Origin: Negaprion brevirostris
Lineage: Eukaryota
Length of the DNA stretch: 64,000 nucleotides
NCBI GenBank assembly: GCA_030324005.1
Contig: JARDVH010000193.1
Coordinates: 82,539,012 to 82,603,011, forward strand
Direction: 5' to 3'
A program made the translations under genes and the position numbers. Positions 12,983-25,199 of this stretch are shown one piece after another (the first letter of the stretch is position 1; every line of letters starts with the position of its first letter). The notes beneath the pieces were generated by a model. It saw only the letters and a list, made by a program, of their open reading frames with translations, did not search any database and was not told the DNA's origin.

Positions 12983-13256
12983 AAAGTTTATTTATTAATC
13001 ACAAATAAGGCTTACATTAACACTGCAATGAAGTTACTGTGAAATTCACCTAGTCATCATATTCCTGTTCAGGTCAATGCACCTAACCAGCATGTCTTTC
13101 AGACTGTGGAAGGAAATTGGAGCTCCCAGAGCAAACCCACGTAGACACAGGGAGAATGTGCAAACTCCACACAGTCAGTGACCCAAGCTAGGAATCAAAC
13201 CCAGGTCCCTCGCGCTGTGAGGCAGCAGTGCTGATCACTGTGCCACCGTGCTGCCC
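12983..13256 (-). mobile_element. HE1/V-SINE-like tRNA-derived SINE, tail type A
   Basis: Head GGGCAGCACGGTGGCACAGTG with box A/B-like motifs, central GTGTGGAGTTTGCACATTCTCCC, tail TTCACAGTAACTTCATTGCAGTGTTAATGTAAGCC. Confidence 0.9.
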
Positions 13257-14224
13257 CTTCAAAGAGTGCCGAGGATAGCCAAAGCTGGTTTTCCTACTAC
13301 AGATTCTCCACTGAAATGAAAGGTTGTAATTTAGTTTGTCATTGAGCAAGTTATTTCCATCCATTTGACCTAATCACTTGAGTTGACCTCCTACTAAATG
13401 GTTGGCCTTTCCCACTGAATTAGAAATGCTCTAAAATTAGACTGTAAACATTAATGCACAGAAAAATGTAGCCTTACAAAAGGGTAAGACTTGATATTTT
13501 TGGCAATTTTCCCATGCCTGAGCAATCTGTTTGACTTACTGAAAGCTTTTGTCTTCACATTCCTGCATCAGACTTGTTATTGGAAATGACCTCAGCCTCC
13601 ACCCTCATTTCCTAAATGTTGGGTTCTGCAGCTGCAGGAAGAGGTCCTAAAGCAAACATTTCATGCTGTAATTAAAACAAAGCAGCCAGGACTCCACAGA
13701 ACTACAAGGCCTCTGATAGCAATAATCATCTGCTCCCTTGTTTTAAATCTTGAATGTCCTGTAGGAGATGAATTGAATGTTCATTCGTAACCAGTAGAAA
13801 ATTATATTAAAATTTGTACAGAATGTCTCCCAGGCAGTCATTACCGGCCTTATTTAGAAAGCTTTACTCTTACATTTTGGTTGATTTCCTGAGGTTTTAG
13901 CCTACATCTGAATGTAATTTTATGAATAGTGCACAAAACCATTCAGCAAAACCATGAAGAAAGCTACGTTTTCTTTCTGTCGTTTCCTATTACACAAATT
14001 CATTCATTCCCAAAACTGTTGAACTGTGTAACTTTTTACCTTCTTCAGTCTTCCCTCTTTATATAATCCAAAGACTTTTAAAATCGAAGGTTAGTGTTAT
14101 CTACTGGCTGTCTGATAAATTCAACTTTACCATAAAGGTGTTCTTACAGTCAGTGTCCTAACTCACCCACTTTAGCAAGTTTATTTTAGTGAGATTGGAA
14201 AGAACTGCCCTAAAGGTATATAGA

Positions 14225-16140
14225 ATTACAGAATCATAGAATGGTTACAGTACGTACAGAAAGTGGCTACTCAGCCAGCTGTGTCTGTGCTGGTTCTCTA
14301 AGNNNNNNNNNNNNNNNNNNNNNNNNNNNNNNNNNNNNNNNNNNNNNNNNNNNNNNNNNNNNNNNNNNNNNNNNNNNNNNNNNNNNNNNNNNNNNNNNNN
14401 NNGTGCTGGTTCTCTAAGGGAGCAATTCACCTAGTGCCACTCCCTGCCTTTTCCCTGCGGCCCTGCATTATTTTCCCTTTTAGATAATGATCCAATTCCC
14501 TTTTGAAAGCTTTGATTCACCCTGCCTCCATTAGACTCACAGACTGTATACTCAGGATCCCAATACTTGATGTGCGAAGAGGTTTTTTCCTCATGTCACC
14601 ATTGCTTCTTTGAGAATTCCCTCTTGTTCTTGATCCTGCTACCAATGAGAACAGGTACTTCCTACCAGACCCCCATATATGTCAAATCTTTTCTCAACCT
14701 TCTCTTCTCCATGGAAAGAAGTTCTCCAATAGTTCCTCCAAACTGAAATTTCTCAGACCTGAAACCATTTTTGTGATGTTTTTCTGCACCATTTCTAAAG
14801 GCTTTACATGCTTCCTAAAGAGTGGAACTGGATGCAATATTCCAATTGAGGCTGAACAGGCCAAACAAAACTTCTTTTCATTTCTAATTTATGTCCCTAT
14901 TGGAAAAGTCTATGCCTTATTAGCCAAACAGTCCAACCACCTTTGAGGATTTATGCACCCTACTCCTGGACCCCTTTTAGAATTGTACTCTTCATTTTGT
15001 ATTGTCTCGGTGCAATCTTCCTATCAAAATCAATCATTTCACATTTCTCTGCATTGCATTTCATTTGTCTCCTGTTTACCCATTCCACCTACCTTTCTAT
15101 GCTCCCTTGAAGTTCCAAACTGTCCTCCTCATAATTCACATTACTTCCAAGTTTTGTATCACCCACAAGTCTTGAAATTATGTCCTGTAACCAAGGCCTA
15201 GCCACAAACATATACCAGGAGGAGCAGGGGCCCTAACTAATTGCTGGGGGGTGCACTATAAACCTTACTGTAGCCTGAAAAGCAACATTTCACCACTACT
15301 CTTTGTTTCCTGTCAATCAGCCAATTTCATATTCACCTTGCTACAGTCCTTTATTATTCCATGAGCTCTAACTCTGCTCTGTTGTGTAGCACTTCATGAA
15401 GTACCTTTGAAAGTCCATAGACATCACAACAATAGCATTACCCTCATCAACCCTCTTTGTTACTTTGTTCAAAGCCTCAAGCCAAGCTATTTAAAAACTA
15501 TTTGTCCGTAACAAATCCATGCTGGCTTTCCTTAATTAACGTGCATCTTCTCAAGTGACTATTAGTTTTGCCCTGGATTATCATTTTGAAAAGCATTCCC
15601 AGCACTGAGGTTAAACTGACTGTCCTATTGATTCTGGACTTACCTTTATTCACTTTTTTAAACAAGTGTGTAACATTTCCAATTCTCCAATCCACTGGCA
15701 CCACTCTTAAGTCTACAGGAGATTGGAAAATTATGGCAGTGCCCTAGTCATTCACTGCCCTTGATTGCATCACATACAGGCCTGGTGCTTTGTCACTTTT
15801 AAGGACAGATAGTTTGTCCTCCTTATCAACTTTAAACTTCCCATATGTCTGAACTACTTCCTCTTCCACTGTGTAAAGAGAGATGCAGAGTATTCATTCA
15901 ATACCTCAAATAAGCTCCCTGCCTCCTTGCATAGATCACATCTTTTGGTGCCTAATTGGCCTCATTTCTCCATTTATCACCCTTATATACTTCATATGCC
16001 TATAAAATACTTTTGGGTACCATTTTATGTTAACTGCCAGTCTCTTCTCATACTTTCTCTTTGCTACTTTTACTTGTTTTTTCAATTCTCTTCTGAATCT
16101 AGTTGACCTAGTTGCACAAGATGTGCATGTTATTGATGTT
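14225..16140 (-). mobile_element. Old CR1 LINE (RT region and 3' UTR)
   Basis: ORF 15498-15704 VPVDWRIGNVTHLFKK..RTVSLTSVLGM..IKESQHGF = CR1 RT N-terminal motifs. Confidence 0.88.
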
Positions 16141-16154
16141 TTTCTCTTCTAATC

Positions 16155-17320
16155 CACAGGTGCTTCGGTCCGCCTTGTTGTCCAACAAGGGGCATACACG
16201 TGGTGGGTCATGCGAGGGCTGCTCTTGGATGTTTCAAGAGTAGCCTAGTGCTTCATGTTGTTAGTGTACGCTTAAACTGGACCAGCTGATGGGCAACATG
16301 ACAGCTCAGTGACTATCACTGTTTGCTGTGCAGNNNNNNNNNNNNNNNNNNNNNNNNNNNNNNNNNNNNNNNNNNNNNNNNNNNNNNNNNNNNNNNNNNN
16401 NNNNNNNNNNNNNNNNNNNNNNNNNNNNNNNNNAGATATGCAGCATGCACAGATATGCAGACACACAGATATGCAGCATATGCAGATATGCAGCATACGC
16501 AGATATGCAGACGCACAGATATGCAGCACACAGATATGCAGATATGCAGCATGCACAAATATGCAGCATGCACAGATATGCAGACGCACAGATATGCAAC
16601 ACACACAAATATGCAGCATACGCAGATATGCAGCACACACAAATATGCAGCATACGCAGATATGCAGCATGCACAGATATGCAGACACACAGATATGCGG
16701 CACACACAGATATGCAGCATACGCAGATATGCAGCATACGCAGATATGCAGCATGCACAGATATGCAGACACACAGATATGCAGCATACGCGGATATGCA
16801 GACACACAGATATGCAGCATGCACAGATATGCAGACACACAGATATGCAGCATATGCAGATATGCAGCATACGCAGATATGCAGCATGCGCAGATATGCA
16901 GGCACACAGATATGCAGCATACGCAGATATGCAACACACAGATAAGCAGCACACACAGATATGCAAACACACAGATATGCAGCGCACACAGACATGCAGC
17001 ACACACAGATATGCAACATGCAGATATGCAGCACACACAAATATATAACATACACAGATATGCAACACACAGATATACAGCACACACAGATATGCAACAC
17101 CCACAGATATGCAGCACACACAGATATGCAACACCCACAGATATGCAGCATGCACAGATATGTAGCACATGCAGAAATGCAGCACGTACAGATGATGAGG
17201 GGTAGAGGAGACTCAAATGGAGCAAGAATGCACATGGACCTCTTGGGTTGAAAGATCTACTCCTGGGTCCTAAACACTTTACAAGTTGGAATCTGTGCTG
17301 TCTACAGTCAGGAATAATTG
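16155..17320 (+). mobile_element. Possible RTE-clade LINE 5' end (structured UTR plus start of the APE domain), split by a minisatellite
   Basis: Three hairpins at 16172-16300; downstream peptide DLLLGPKHFTSWNL resembles the APE start motif (x)TWNV. Confidence 0.35.
16434..17190. repeat. Complex minisatellite, ~16-18 bp units around the core CAGATATGCAG
   Basis: Dozens of AGATATGCAG(C) cores separated by CATACG, CATGCA or (CA)n spacers; degenerates toward the 3' end. Confidence 0.97.
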
Positions 17321-17459
17321 AGTTTTATATATCTGTACAGTTCTGTCAGTCTACAGCTGGCCATTCGGTCCACATCATTCGGTCCAGCCAGCCTATGCCA
17401 GCTTCCTCCCAAACCTTTTATCTAACCTTATTAACAATTCCTTCTGTTCTCTTCTCATT

Positions 17460-17606
17460 CACCCTAGCTATGACTGTAATAGTATATTCTGTACCCCCTC
17501 TTTTCCTTCTCCACATAAACTATGAATATGTGTTGTCTGTATAGCATGCAAGAAAAATACTTTTCACCATATCCCAACACATGTGACAATAATAAATTAA
17601 ATCAAA
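17460..17606 (+). mobile_element. Rex/Babar-like LINE 3' tail
   Basis: Ends ACATGTGACAATAATAAATTAAATCAAA; reverse complement of the tail at 45435-45570. Confidence 0.7.
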
Positions 17607-17744
17607 CCAGGAGTTTATCCAACTTCCCCTGAAATGCATCTGTCCTGTAAGCCTCAAACACCCTGTACGGTAGCAAGTTTGATATTCTAGACACTCTCTG
17701 GGGGAAGTTTCTCCTGAATTCCCAGTTGGATTTATGGGTGACCA

Positions 17745-18035
17745 GCTCACTAAACCAGAGGGCACAACCTCAGGCTAAAGGGACGATCCTTTAAAACAGA
17801 GATGTGGAGGAATTTCTTCAGCCAGAGAGTGGTGAATCTGTGGAACTCTTTGCTGCAGAAGGCTGTGAAGGCCAGGTTATTGAGTATCTTTAAGACAGAG
17901 ATAGATAAATTCTTGATTGATAGGGGGATCAGGGGTTATGGGGAGAAGGCAGGAGAATGGGGATGAGAAAAGTATCAGCCATGATTGAATGGCGGAGCAG
18001 ATTCGATGGGCCGAGTGACCTAATTCTTATGGTCT
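17745..18035 (+). mobile_element. CR1 LINE 3' end
   Basis: AGGAATTTCTTCAGCCAGAGAGTGGTGAATCTGTGGAAC (NFFSQRVVNLWN) and 3' UTR GATGGGCCGA.TG.CCTAATTC. Confidence 0.9.
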
Positions 18036-18069
18036 TCTGGCACTATCCACTTGACGTCACTCAAAAGCA

Positions 18070-18310
18070 CACTTAATCTCTGTCTCTTTTGTCATCTAGG
18101 GAGCTCTGGAGTTATTTGCCTTATTTTTCCCTTTTGTGGTAGCATGTGGGAATATACCCTGACTGTACTTGAACTATCTCTTCATTAAAGCCAGCTATTA
18201 TAATTTTGCCTGCAAACCTTTGATTCCAATTTATCTCAGTCAGATTTGCTGTTTTTACCCCATTGCAGTTGGCTTTCCCACAGTTAATTATCCTTACTCT
18301 AGAATGCTCC
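18070..18310 (-). mobile_element. Probable continuation of the CR1 at 14225-16140
   Basis: CR1-like upstream sequence (GTCATCTAGGGAGCTCTGGA...) in the same orientation. Confidence 0.55.
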
Positions 18311-20344
18311 TTCTAATTTTATGGTTATGCAGGATGCTGGCAATGTCGTTGTGTTCTGATGTGGAATGGGACATGCACAGTAACGGCTGGAGCTGCCCTG
18401 CCATTTCTCTATCTAATAGATAAAGAAACTATTTTCAAGAAAAGATAGAATTACCAGGTACTCAACACTTCTTCTGTGGCCTCTTCAATATAGGGAGGTT
18501 AATTGAATGCTTTACTTAAGCCTTTTATAAAGAAATTAAAGTTTCAATTTTCCAGTTCCTTACACTAAAATTCCTAACTTTGGAGAAAGAAAAGCATCAC
18601 TATAATACTCACCAGCTGGTCAAATCAAGGCTTTCCTGTTTGATGATATTTTCTCCCTCAATTTGGTCACACAACAGCATAACACAAGTATGCAACAAAA
18701 GCATTCCCTCTCATGTCCTTTATAATGCATTTCATTAATCTCTCCAAAGGCAGAACAAGTTAACACGAGATAAAGTGAGGCTTAGTTAGAATTGTTAAGC
18801 TGCTTTATTCCACAATTAGATGAATGTACAGTATTTTTGTTTGAACTTATTTATTTCCAATTTAAATATGCTCAATGCTATAAAAATAATGAACATGCTA
18901 CACTACTCTACTTCATTGAATCAGCTTGCATGATCAAAACAGACCAACTCCTCTGTGTTCAGTCTTTACTGGGGTCTTTCCAGCTCAAGCAGCTTTTTTA
19001 TTGCAAAAGCAAGACTGCCTTTTGGTAACGTTTAATTCAAGACTGTCACAGTCAGAAATTGATGAAAAGCTTTTAAAACTGCAGACCTGAAATACTTAAC
19101 CAATTATGGAGGCAAAATAGCAANNNNNNNNNNNNNNNNNNNNNNNNNNNNNNNNNNNNNNNNNNNNNNNNNNNNNNNNNNNNNNNNNNNNNNNNNNNNN
19201 NNNNNNNNNNNNNNNNNNNNNNNNNNNNNNNNNNNNNNNNNNNNNNNNNNNNNNNNNNNNNNNNNNNNNNNNNNNNNNNNNNNNNNNNNNNNNNNNNNNN
19301 NNNNNNNNNNNNNNNNNNNNNNNNNNNNNNNNNNNNNNNNNNNNNNNNNNNNNNNNNNNNNNNNNNNNNNNNNNNNNNNNNNNNNNNNNNNNNNNNNNNN
19401 NNNNNNNNNNNNNNNNNNNNNNNNNNNNNNNNNNNNNNNNNNNNNNNNNNNNNNNNNNNNNNNNNNNNNNNNNNNNNNNNNNNNNNNNNNNNNNNNNNNN
19501 NNNNNNNNNNNNNNNNNNNNNNNNNNNNNNNNNNNNNNNNNNNNNNNNNNNNNNNNNNNNNNNNNNNNNNNNNNNNNNNNNNATAAAAATCTTTCCCATT
19601 CAACTGAGTTTTCTTTAGCAGATCTCCCTGAGTAAAGCACAGTCGTCATTTTACTTTCTACTTGCTAGATACCCATTAAAAGTAGTATCAGAGCAGTCAG
19701 TAGTTACCATTGTTTTGGTCGTTTTCAGAAAACCTTGACCCAGAAGTAATCAAATTACAGGCTCTTTAAAGTAGAAGGATATTTTATATGCTAAACATGT
19801 AGCCAGCCGCATAGTAAAGGTGTTATTTCCGACTAATATATCAAATAATACTAGTGACAGGATCTGTCACTTCCTTCATTCCTGGGGATGTAATCGCTTT
19901 AATTGGGTGCTGAGAACCAGTATAAGTGGGAAGGTGTGAACACCGCCAAGAAGAGATTTATTTCCTGCACCATTAAAGCACTATTTGCAGTGATGTGTGT
20001 TCGTTAAGACACATTCCCTAAGGTTCTGTTTTTGCATCAAAGAAATCCTAGTTTATTTACCTTTTTGAGATTTTCAGTCTCCATTTTTCCATGCTGCTAT
20101 TGTGTGATGGAGATTAAAGAAACTTCATTGGGAATTATCTTGTGAAATGTATCACCAGGAACTAGTGTTCCAAGAATTTGCTGCAAAGAAGCTTCAGGCT
20201 CAGTCTGTCTTGTATTTAAACATTCTGACTATTTCATATATCACAGAGGGGTTTGGTTATTATTGTGTATTGTTTGCTTGTTGTGACTCCTGGCTTCTAT
20301 ATATTCCATCAACAGTAAATAAATCTGGCCAATTAGTTAGCCTA

Positions 20345-20515
20345 CGTATGATGAATCTACAGTGCAGAAGGAGGCCATTTGGCCCACAGATCCTGCACCA
20401 ATAACAATCCCACCCAGCCCTATCCCTGTAACGCTACACATTTATTCTGCTGATCCCTTTGACACTAAGGGGCAATTTAGCATGGGCAATCAACTTAATC
20501 CGCACATCTTTGGAC
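20345..20515 (-). mobile_element. HE1-like SINE 3' half, tail type B
   Basis: Matches 42005-42190. Confidence 0.8.
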
Positions 20516-21007
20516 GCAATATCATTTGTCCATCTTCTGTAAAGTGGTAGACACCACAAGATTCACTGCAATTCAGAGTTCATTATTAAGCTTTCGCATA
20601 GGCAGAGGAGAAATAAAAGTGCAGCATTTTGTTCAGAGGGGATTGAATCTGATTTTGTAAACCATGGGCAGAATCCTCGATAATTTTTGTCTGAGTGCAG
20701 TGGCAGGCAGTTCCTCTGGCCAGAACGGTGTGAACCCATTCTCGATTCCATGCTTAGGGCCTAATTAACTATGCACAAGTGAGCATCTCTCTGAATCACC
20801 CGGTAGGTGATTTCTCCACCTGCCATCACCTGGAAGTTTCAAGGGTCCTGGCACTGTATTTAAATGCTAGTGCAAAACATTCATATCACTGTCATTAGGA
20901 GACAGCTGAAGGTGGCATCTAGCCAGAAGCAAAAATACACCACCCTCAAAAGAAAGGCAGTACCCGACTTCAGCCAGCAGACCCTGGCACCTTGAACCCT
21001 GGAGTCC

Positions 21008-21107
21008 TCTCTGGACGCTTTTGTATCTCTCCCCTCTCACCTTAAACCTATGCCCTCTAGTCTTAGACTCCCCAACTTTGGGAAAAGACATTGACTATCT
21101 AGCTGAT
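21008..21107 (-). mobile_element. Internal CR1 fragment inserted in the Myb exon
   Basis: FPKVGESKTRGHRFKVRGERYKSVQRG; near-identical inverted match to ~21890-21990. Confidence 0.85.
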
Positions 21108-21784
21108 CCTGGGTGGCATGTCCTCTACTCCAGGAATAGCTCCAGGAATATCACCTCTCAGGCTGGGGGGGTCAGCACGGCTGGTAACTGCACCCAAAAG
21201 GACACATAGTACAAGAAGAGTATAAATGAGCTCATCCATTCTTGACGGTAAGTCATCCTTTAACTCCTCCAATATCAAACTCTCATCATGACATGCTGCA
21301 TTCAAACAGCTACTTGCTTCAGGGATCTCATGGATCCATTACTGGGGGAGACACATTCTCTTCTGGAGACTTGCACATCACCACCATCCTTCTCTCATAT
21401 ATTTCTCACATTCCACTGACTGGCCCTTCTAGCAAGGGCTCACTACACACAGGGGATATGCATTTAATCCAACCTCTGTATCATCACCTCTGATCACATG
21501 CCTTCCTCACATCTTTATACAGACCGAGCTGGTACGCAACAAGTGAGGGTGAGACTGCGGAAGGGATGGCAGAGACCCCCGTCCTCACCGAATTCAAGGA
21601 GGCTGCAGCTGACCACGCTGAAGACTCACTCCTGTGGGGCAGGGGACTTTGGCCTCTCCCAATAATCTGGTACGGACCTCAGCTCCATCACTTCATCAAA
21701 CTCTGACCATCACAATGAATCGGCTATAATCTAAAATGGCTTACGCCATCCACTAAAATTGTGTTTTCTTTTTTGTGGTCACCA

Positions 21785-22238
21785 GAGTCATAAGGAGAGG
21801 TTGGATAGACTGGGACTTTTTTCTCTGGAATGTAGGAGGCTGAAGGGTGATCTTATCGAGGTCTATAAAATAATGAGGGGCATAGACAAGGTAGATAGTC
21901 AATGTCTTTTCCCAAAGGCAGGGGAGTCTAAAACTAGAGGCCATAGGTTTAAGGTGAGAGGGGAGAGATACAAAAGTGTCCAGAGAGGCAATTTTTTTCA
22001 CACAGAGGTTGGTGAGTGTCAGGGACAAGCTGCCAGAGATAGTGGTAGAGGCGTTACAGTTTTGTCTTTTAAAAAGCATTTAGATAGTTACATGGGTAAG
22101 ATGGGTATGGAGGGATATGGGCCAAATGTGGGCAATTGGGATTAGCTTAGGGGTTTTAAAAAAATAGGGTGGCATGGACAAGTTGGGCTAAAGGGCCTGT
22201 TTCCAGGCTGTAAACCTCTATGACTCTATGACTGTATG
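21785..22238 (+). mobile_element. CR1 LINE 3' end (young)
   Basis: KERLDRLGLFSLECRRLKGDLIEVYKIMRGIDKVD; tail (CTATGACT)n. Confidence 0.93.
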
Positions 22239-24495
22239 ACCACAGGCATCCAGGTAGCTGGGCAGCAGATCCAGGTCCTAAGCACATCCAAGGATGAGGA
22301 GGCGCATGAGAAACCATCCCAGCTCTCACTCACACCCTTCACCAGTGCAGAGACAGTCACCTAGATGGGCCCAGTTCCAGATTAGGTGTCGGATTTTTCT
22401 GCAGAAGATCTCACTGATACGTCCCAGTAGCAGTCGGAGGCAGGGACAGCCCAGGCCTCCGGCACTCAGAGGGCTGCAGGAGACCAGCTCAGTGTCAGGC
22501 TGGTAATGAGCATCTGAAAGCAGCTGACATCTCATTGGTGGAGATGCAACAGGTAGCGGAACGTCAAGCAGATGTTCAACAGTAAATCAGCAGACTAGAA
22601 TGATGGAGGAATCAACCCACATTCTGTCAGATATCATGAATATAGCATTTGAGCACCCCAAGGCCACCACGGGAAGGTTACTTACCAACGTAAAGGCCTT
22701 GGTCCAGCAGCTCTTGCTAGATTTGCCCTTGGCCATGCACTCCATGGTGAGCACCATCAGGATGTAGGCAACATGGGTACAATGCATCTTGACCTCCCTC
22801 CGGTGCATCATCTACTGCGGGAGTCACAGCGGGGATGCCCACAGGGTGATCAGCATCAGCCAGACATCCTGGGCAATCTCGTCTCAGAGCACTCCAAGGG
22901 TATGCAGCCACTCAGAATCCTCTCATACCAGCTCAAGCCGCATAGGCCACCAAGTGTGCTTCTGCCTCTAAGAAGGGGGCTGGAGCCTTCCAAGCCTCTG
23001 ACCACCAGAGGATATCCCTTATGGTCATCATATGCATCAAGGTGTAGCAGTAAGGTTGCCTCCACCTCTGTTGCTGGCATTGGGGCTGCACCAAGCTGTC
23101 GTGGTCAGGTTAAGAAAACTAAAACATTTTTGATGTCACTTCATGTTTACGGCTGTGTTATCACTGTAAAGAAATTGCACTTATTGAAATTCATTGAATG
23201 TGTATGTGAATGTTCTGGTCAACTGAAGGTGCAGTGAATTTATACTTTGGAATCCTCTTAACTCGAGGTTTGGTCATCCATCCATTCAGTGATAGTGTCC
23301 TATTGTGAGATGAATATTCATGTGATGTCAACCTCAGTGCAACTAATCTCTGGACCCTCATGTGTTGTCAAGGAGATGTGTTTAAATCTTTATTAGAAGT
23401 GTATGGTGGGAAAGTTTTGATGCCTCACTCCTCAAAGGATAGTAATGGTTGAGGGCAACTCATCAGCGATGGAACTCTAGTGGCATCTGGGTCTCCTGGT
23501 TGGTTGTGCCTGAACAGCTGACATGCAATTTTAGGAGGAAATCCTTGGGCTGATCCGCATTTCGTTCATGGCAGTGTTTATACCATAAGATGGCATCAAA
23601 TATNNNNNNNNNNNNNNNNNNNNNNNNNNNNNNNNNNNNNNNNNNNNNNNNNNNNNNNNNNNNNNNNNNNNNNNNNNNNNNNNNNNNNNNNNNNNNNNNN
23701 NNNNNNNNNNNNNNNNNNNNNNNNNNNNNNNNNNNNNNNNNNNNNNNNNNNNNNNNNNNNNNNNNNNNNNNNNNNNNNNNNNNNNNNNNNNNNNNNNNNN
23801 NNNNNNNNNNNNNNNNNNNNNNNNNNNNNNNNNNNNNNNNNNNNNNNNNNNNNNNNNNNNNNNNNNNNNNNNNNNNNNNNNNNNNNNNNNNNNNNNNNNN
23901 NNNNNNNNNNNNNNNNNNNNNNNNNNNNNNNNNNNNNNNNNNNNNNNNNNNNNNNNNNNNNNNNNNNNNNNNNNNNNNNNNNNNNNNNNNNNNNNNNNNN
24001 NNNNNNNNNNNNNNNNNNNNNNNNNNNNNNNNNNNNNNNNNNNNNNNNNNNNNNNNNNNNNNNNNNNNNNNNNNNNNNNNNNNNNNNNNNNNNNNNNNNN
24101 NNNNNNNNNNNNNNNNNNNNNNNNNNNNNNNNNNNNNNNNNNNNNNNNNNNNNNNNNNNNNNNNNNNNNNNNNNNNNNNNNNNNNNNNNNNNNNNNNNNN
24201 NNNNNNNNNNNNNNNNNNNNNNNNNNNNNNNNNNNNNNNNNNNNNNNNNNNNNNNNNNNNNNNNNNNNNNNNNNNNNNNNNNNNNNNNNNNNNNNNNNNN
24301 NNNNNNNNNNNNNNNNNNNNNNNNNNNNNNNNNNNNNNNNNNNNNNNNNNNNNNNNNNNNNNNNNNNNNNNNNNNNNNNNNNNNNNNNNNNNNNNNNNNN
24401 NNNNNNNNNNNNNNNNNNNNNNNNNNNNNNNNNNNNNNNNNNNNNNNNNNNNNNNNNNNNNNNNNNNNNNNNNNNNNNNNNNNNNNNNNNNNNNN

Positions 24496-24960
24496 CTGTA
24501 CAGCAGCATGCTGCAATTTTTTACCATTTAAATAATAGTTCATTTTGCTGCTATTCTTACCAAATTGGATGACGTCACATTTACCAACATTGTACTCCAT
24601 TTGCCAGACACTTGCCCACACATTTAGATTATCTGTATCCCTTTGCAGACTTTCAGCATCCACTTTGATCTTCCACCCATCTTAGTGTCATCTGTGAATT
24701 TTGACATACTACACTTGGTCCCCGACTCCAAATCATCTATGTAAATCGTAAACAATTGCGGTCCCAACACTGATCCTGAGGCACACCACTAGTCACTGAT
24801 CGCCAATCAGAAAAACACCCATTTATCCTCACTCTTTGCTTTCTGTTAGTTAACGAATCTTCTATCCATGCTAATACATTATCTGTAACACTGTGCAACT
24901 TTATCTTATGTTGCAGTCTTATCAAATGCCTTCTGGAAATCCAGATACACCAGATAAATA
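24496..24960 (-). mobile_element. CR1 LINE RT core fragment
   Basis: [33 protein letters not shown]; [31 protein letters not shown]. Confidence 0.92.
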
Positions 24961-25199
24961 TGTCGTACCTTTTCCTATATTGCTGTTGTTCCTCAGTAAA
25001 CTTGAAATTCACAGAGTGAGTGCATTAGTATGTCACCAATGACCACAGCTAAAGGCAATTCCTAGTGAGTCATAAGTTCAGAATGCACAAATGGGAATGC
25101 AGGCATTGTTCTCTCAGTGATGGTTCACTTATCCTCTGAAATGACGGGGAATGGACTGGGGGACTAGGGGTGATACATCCAAATGACATCACTTCACTT

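Larger units (their letters stand above)
20666..23250 (+). pseudogene. Harbinger element left arm with Myb/SANT gene relic (copy 2)
   Basis: TIR-like GGGCAGAATCCTC at 20666; KRKAVPDFSQQTL..WHVLYSRNSSRNITSQA..YKKSINELIHS followed by donor GTAAGT (21248); acceptor TTTATACAG then TELVRNK..VLTEFKE. Confidence 0.7.

Noticed and set aside
14287-14418. Direct repeat GTGCTGGTTCTCTAAG on both sides of a 100-N gap
   Set aside because: Probably an unmerged contig overlap, not a TSD
16434-17190. CRISPR-like repeat/spacer appearance
   Set aside because: Spacers are 5-8 bp and themselves repetitive, there are no cas genes, and the DNA is vertebrate
16272-17251. 200-317 aa Cys/His-rich ORFs on both strands
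   Set aside because: They are translations of the minisatellite plus an N gap; being open in nearly every frame indicates a repeat artefact
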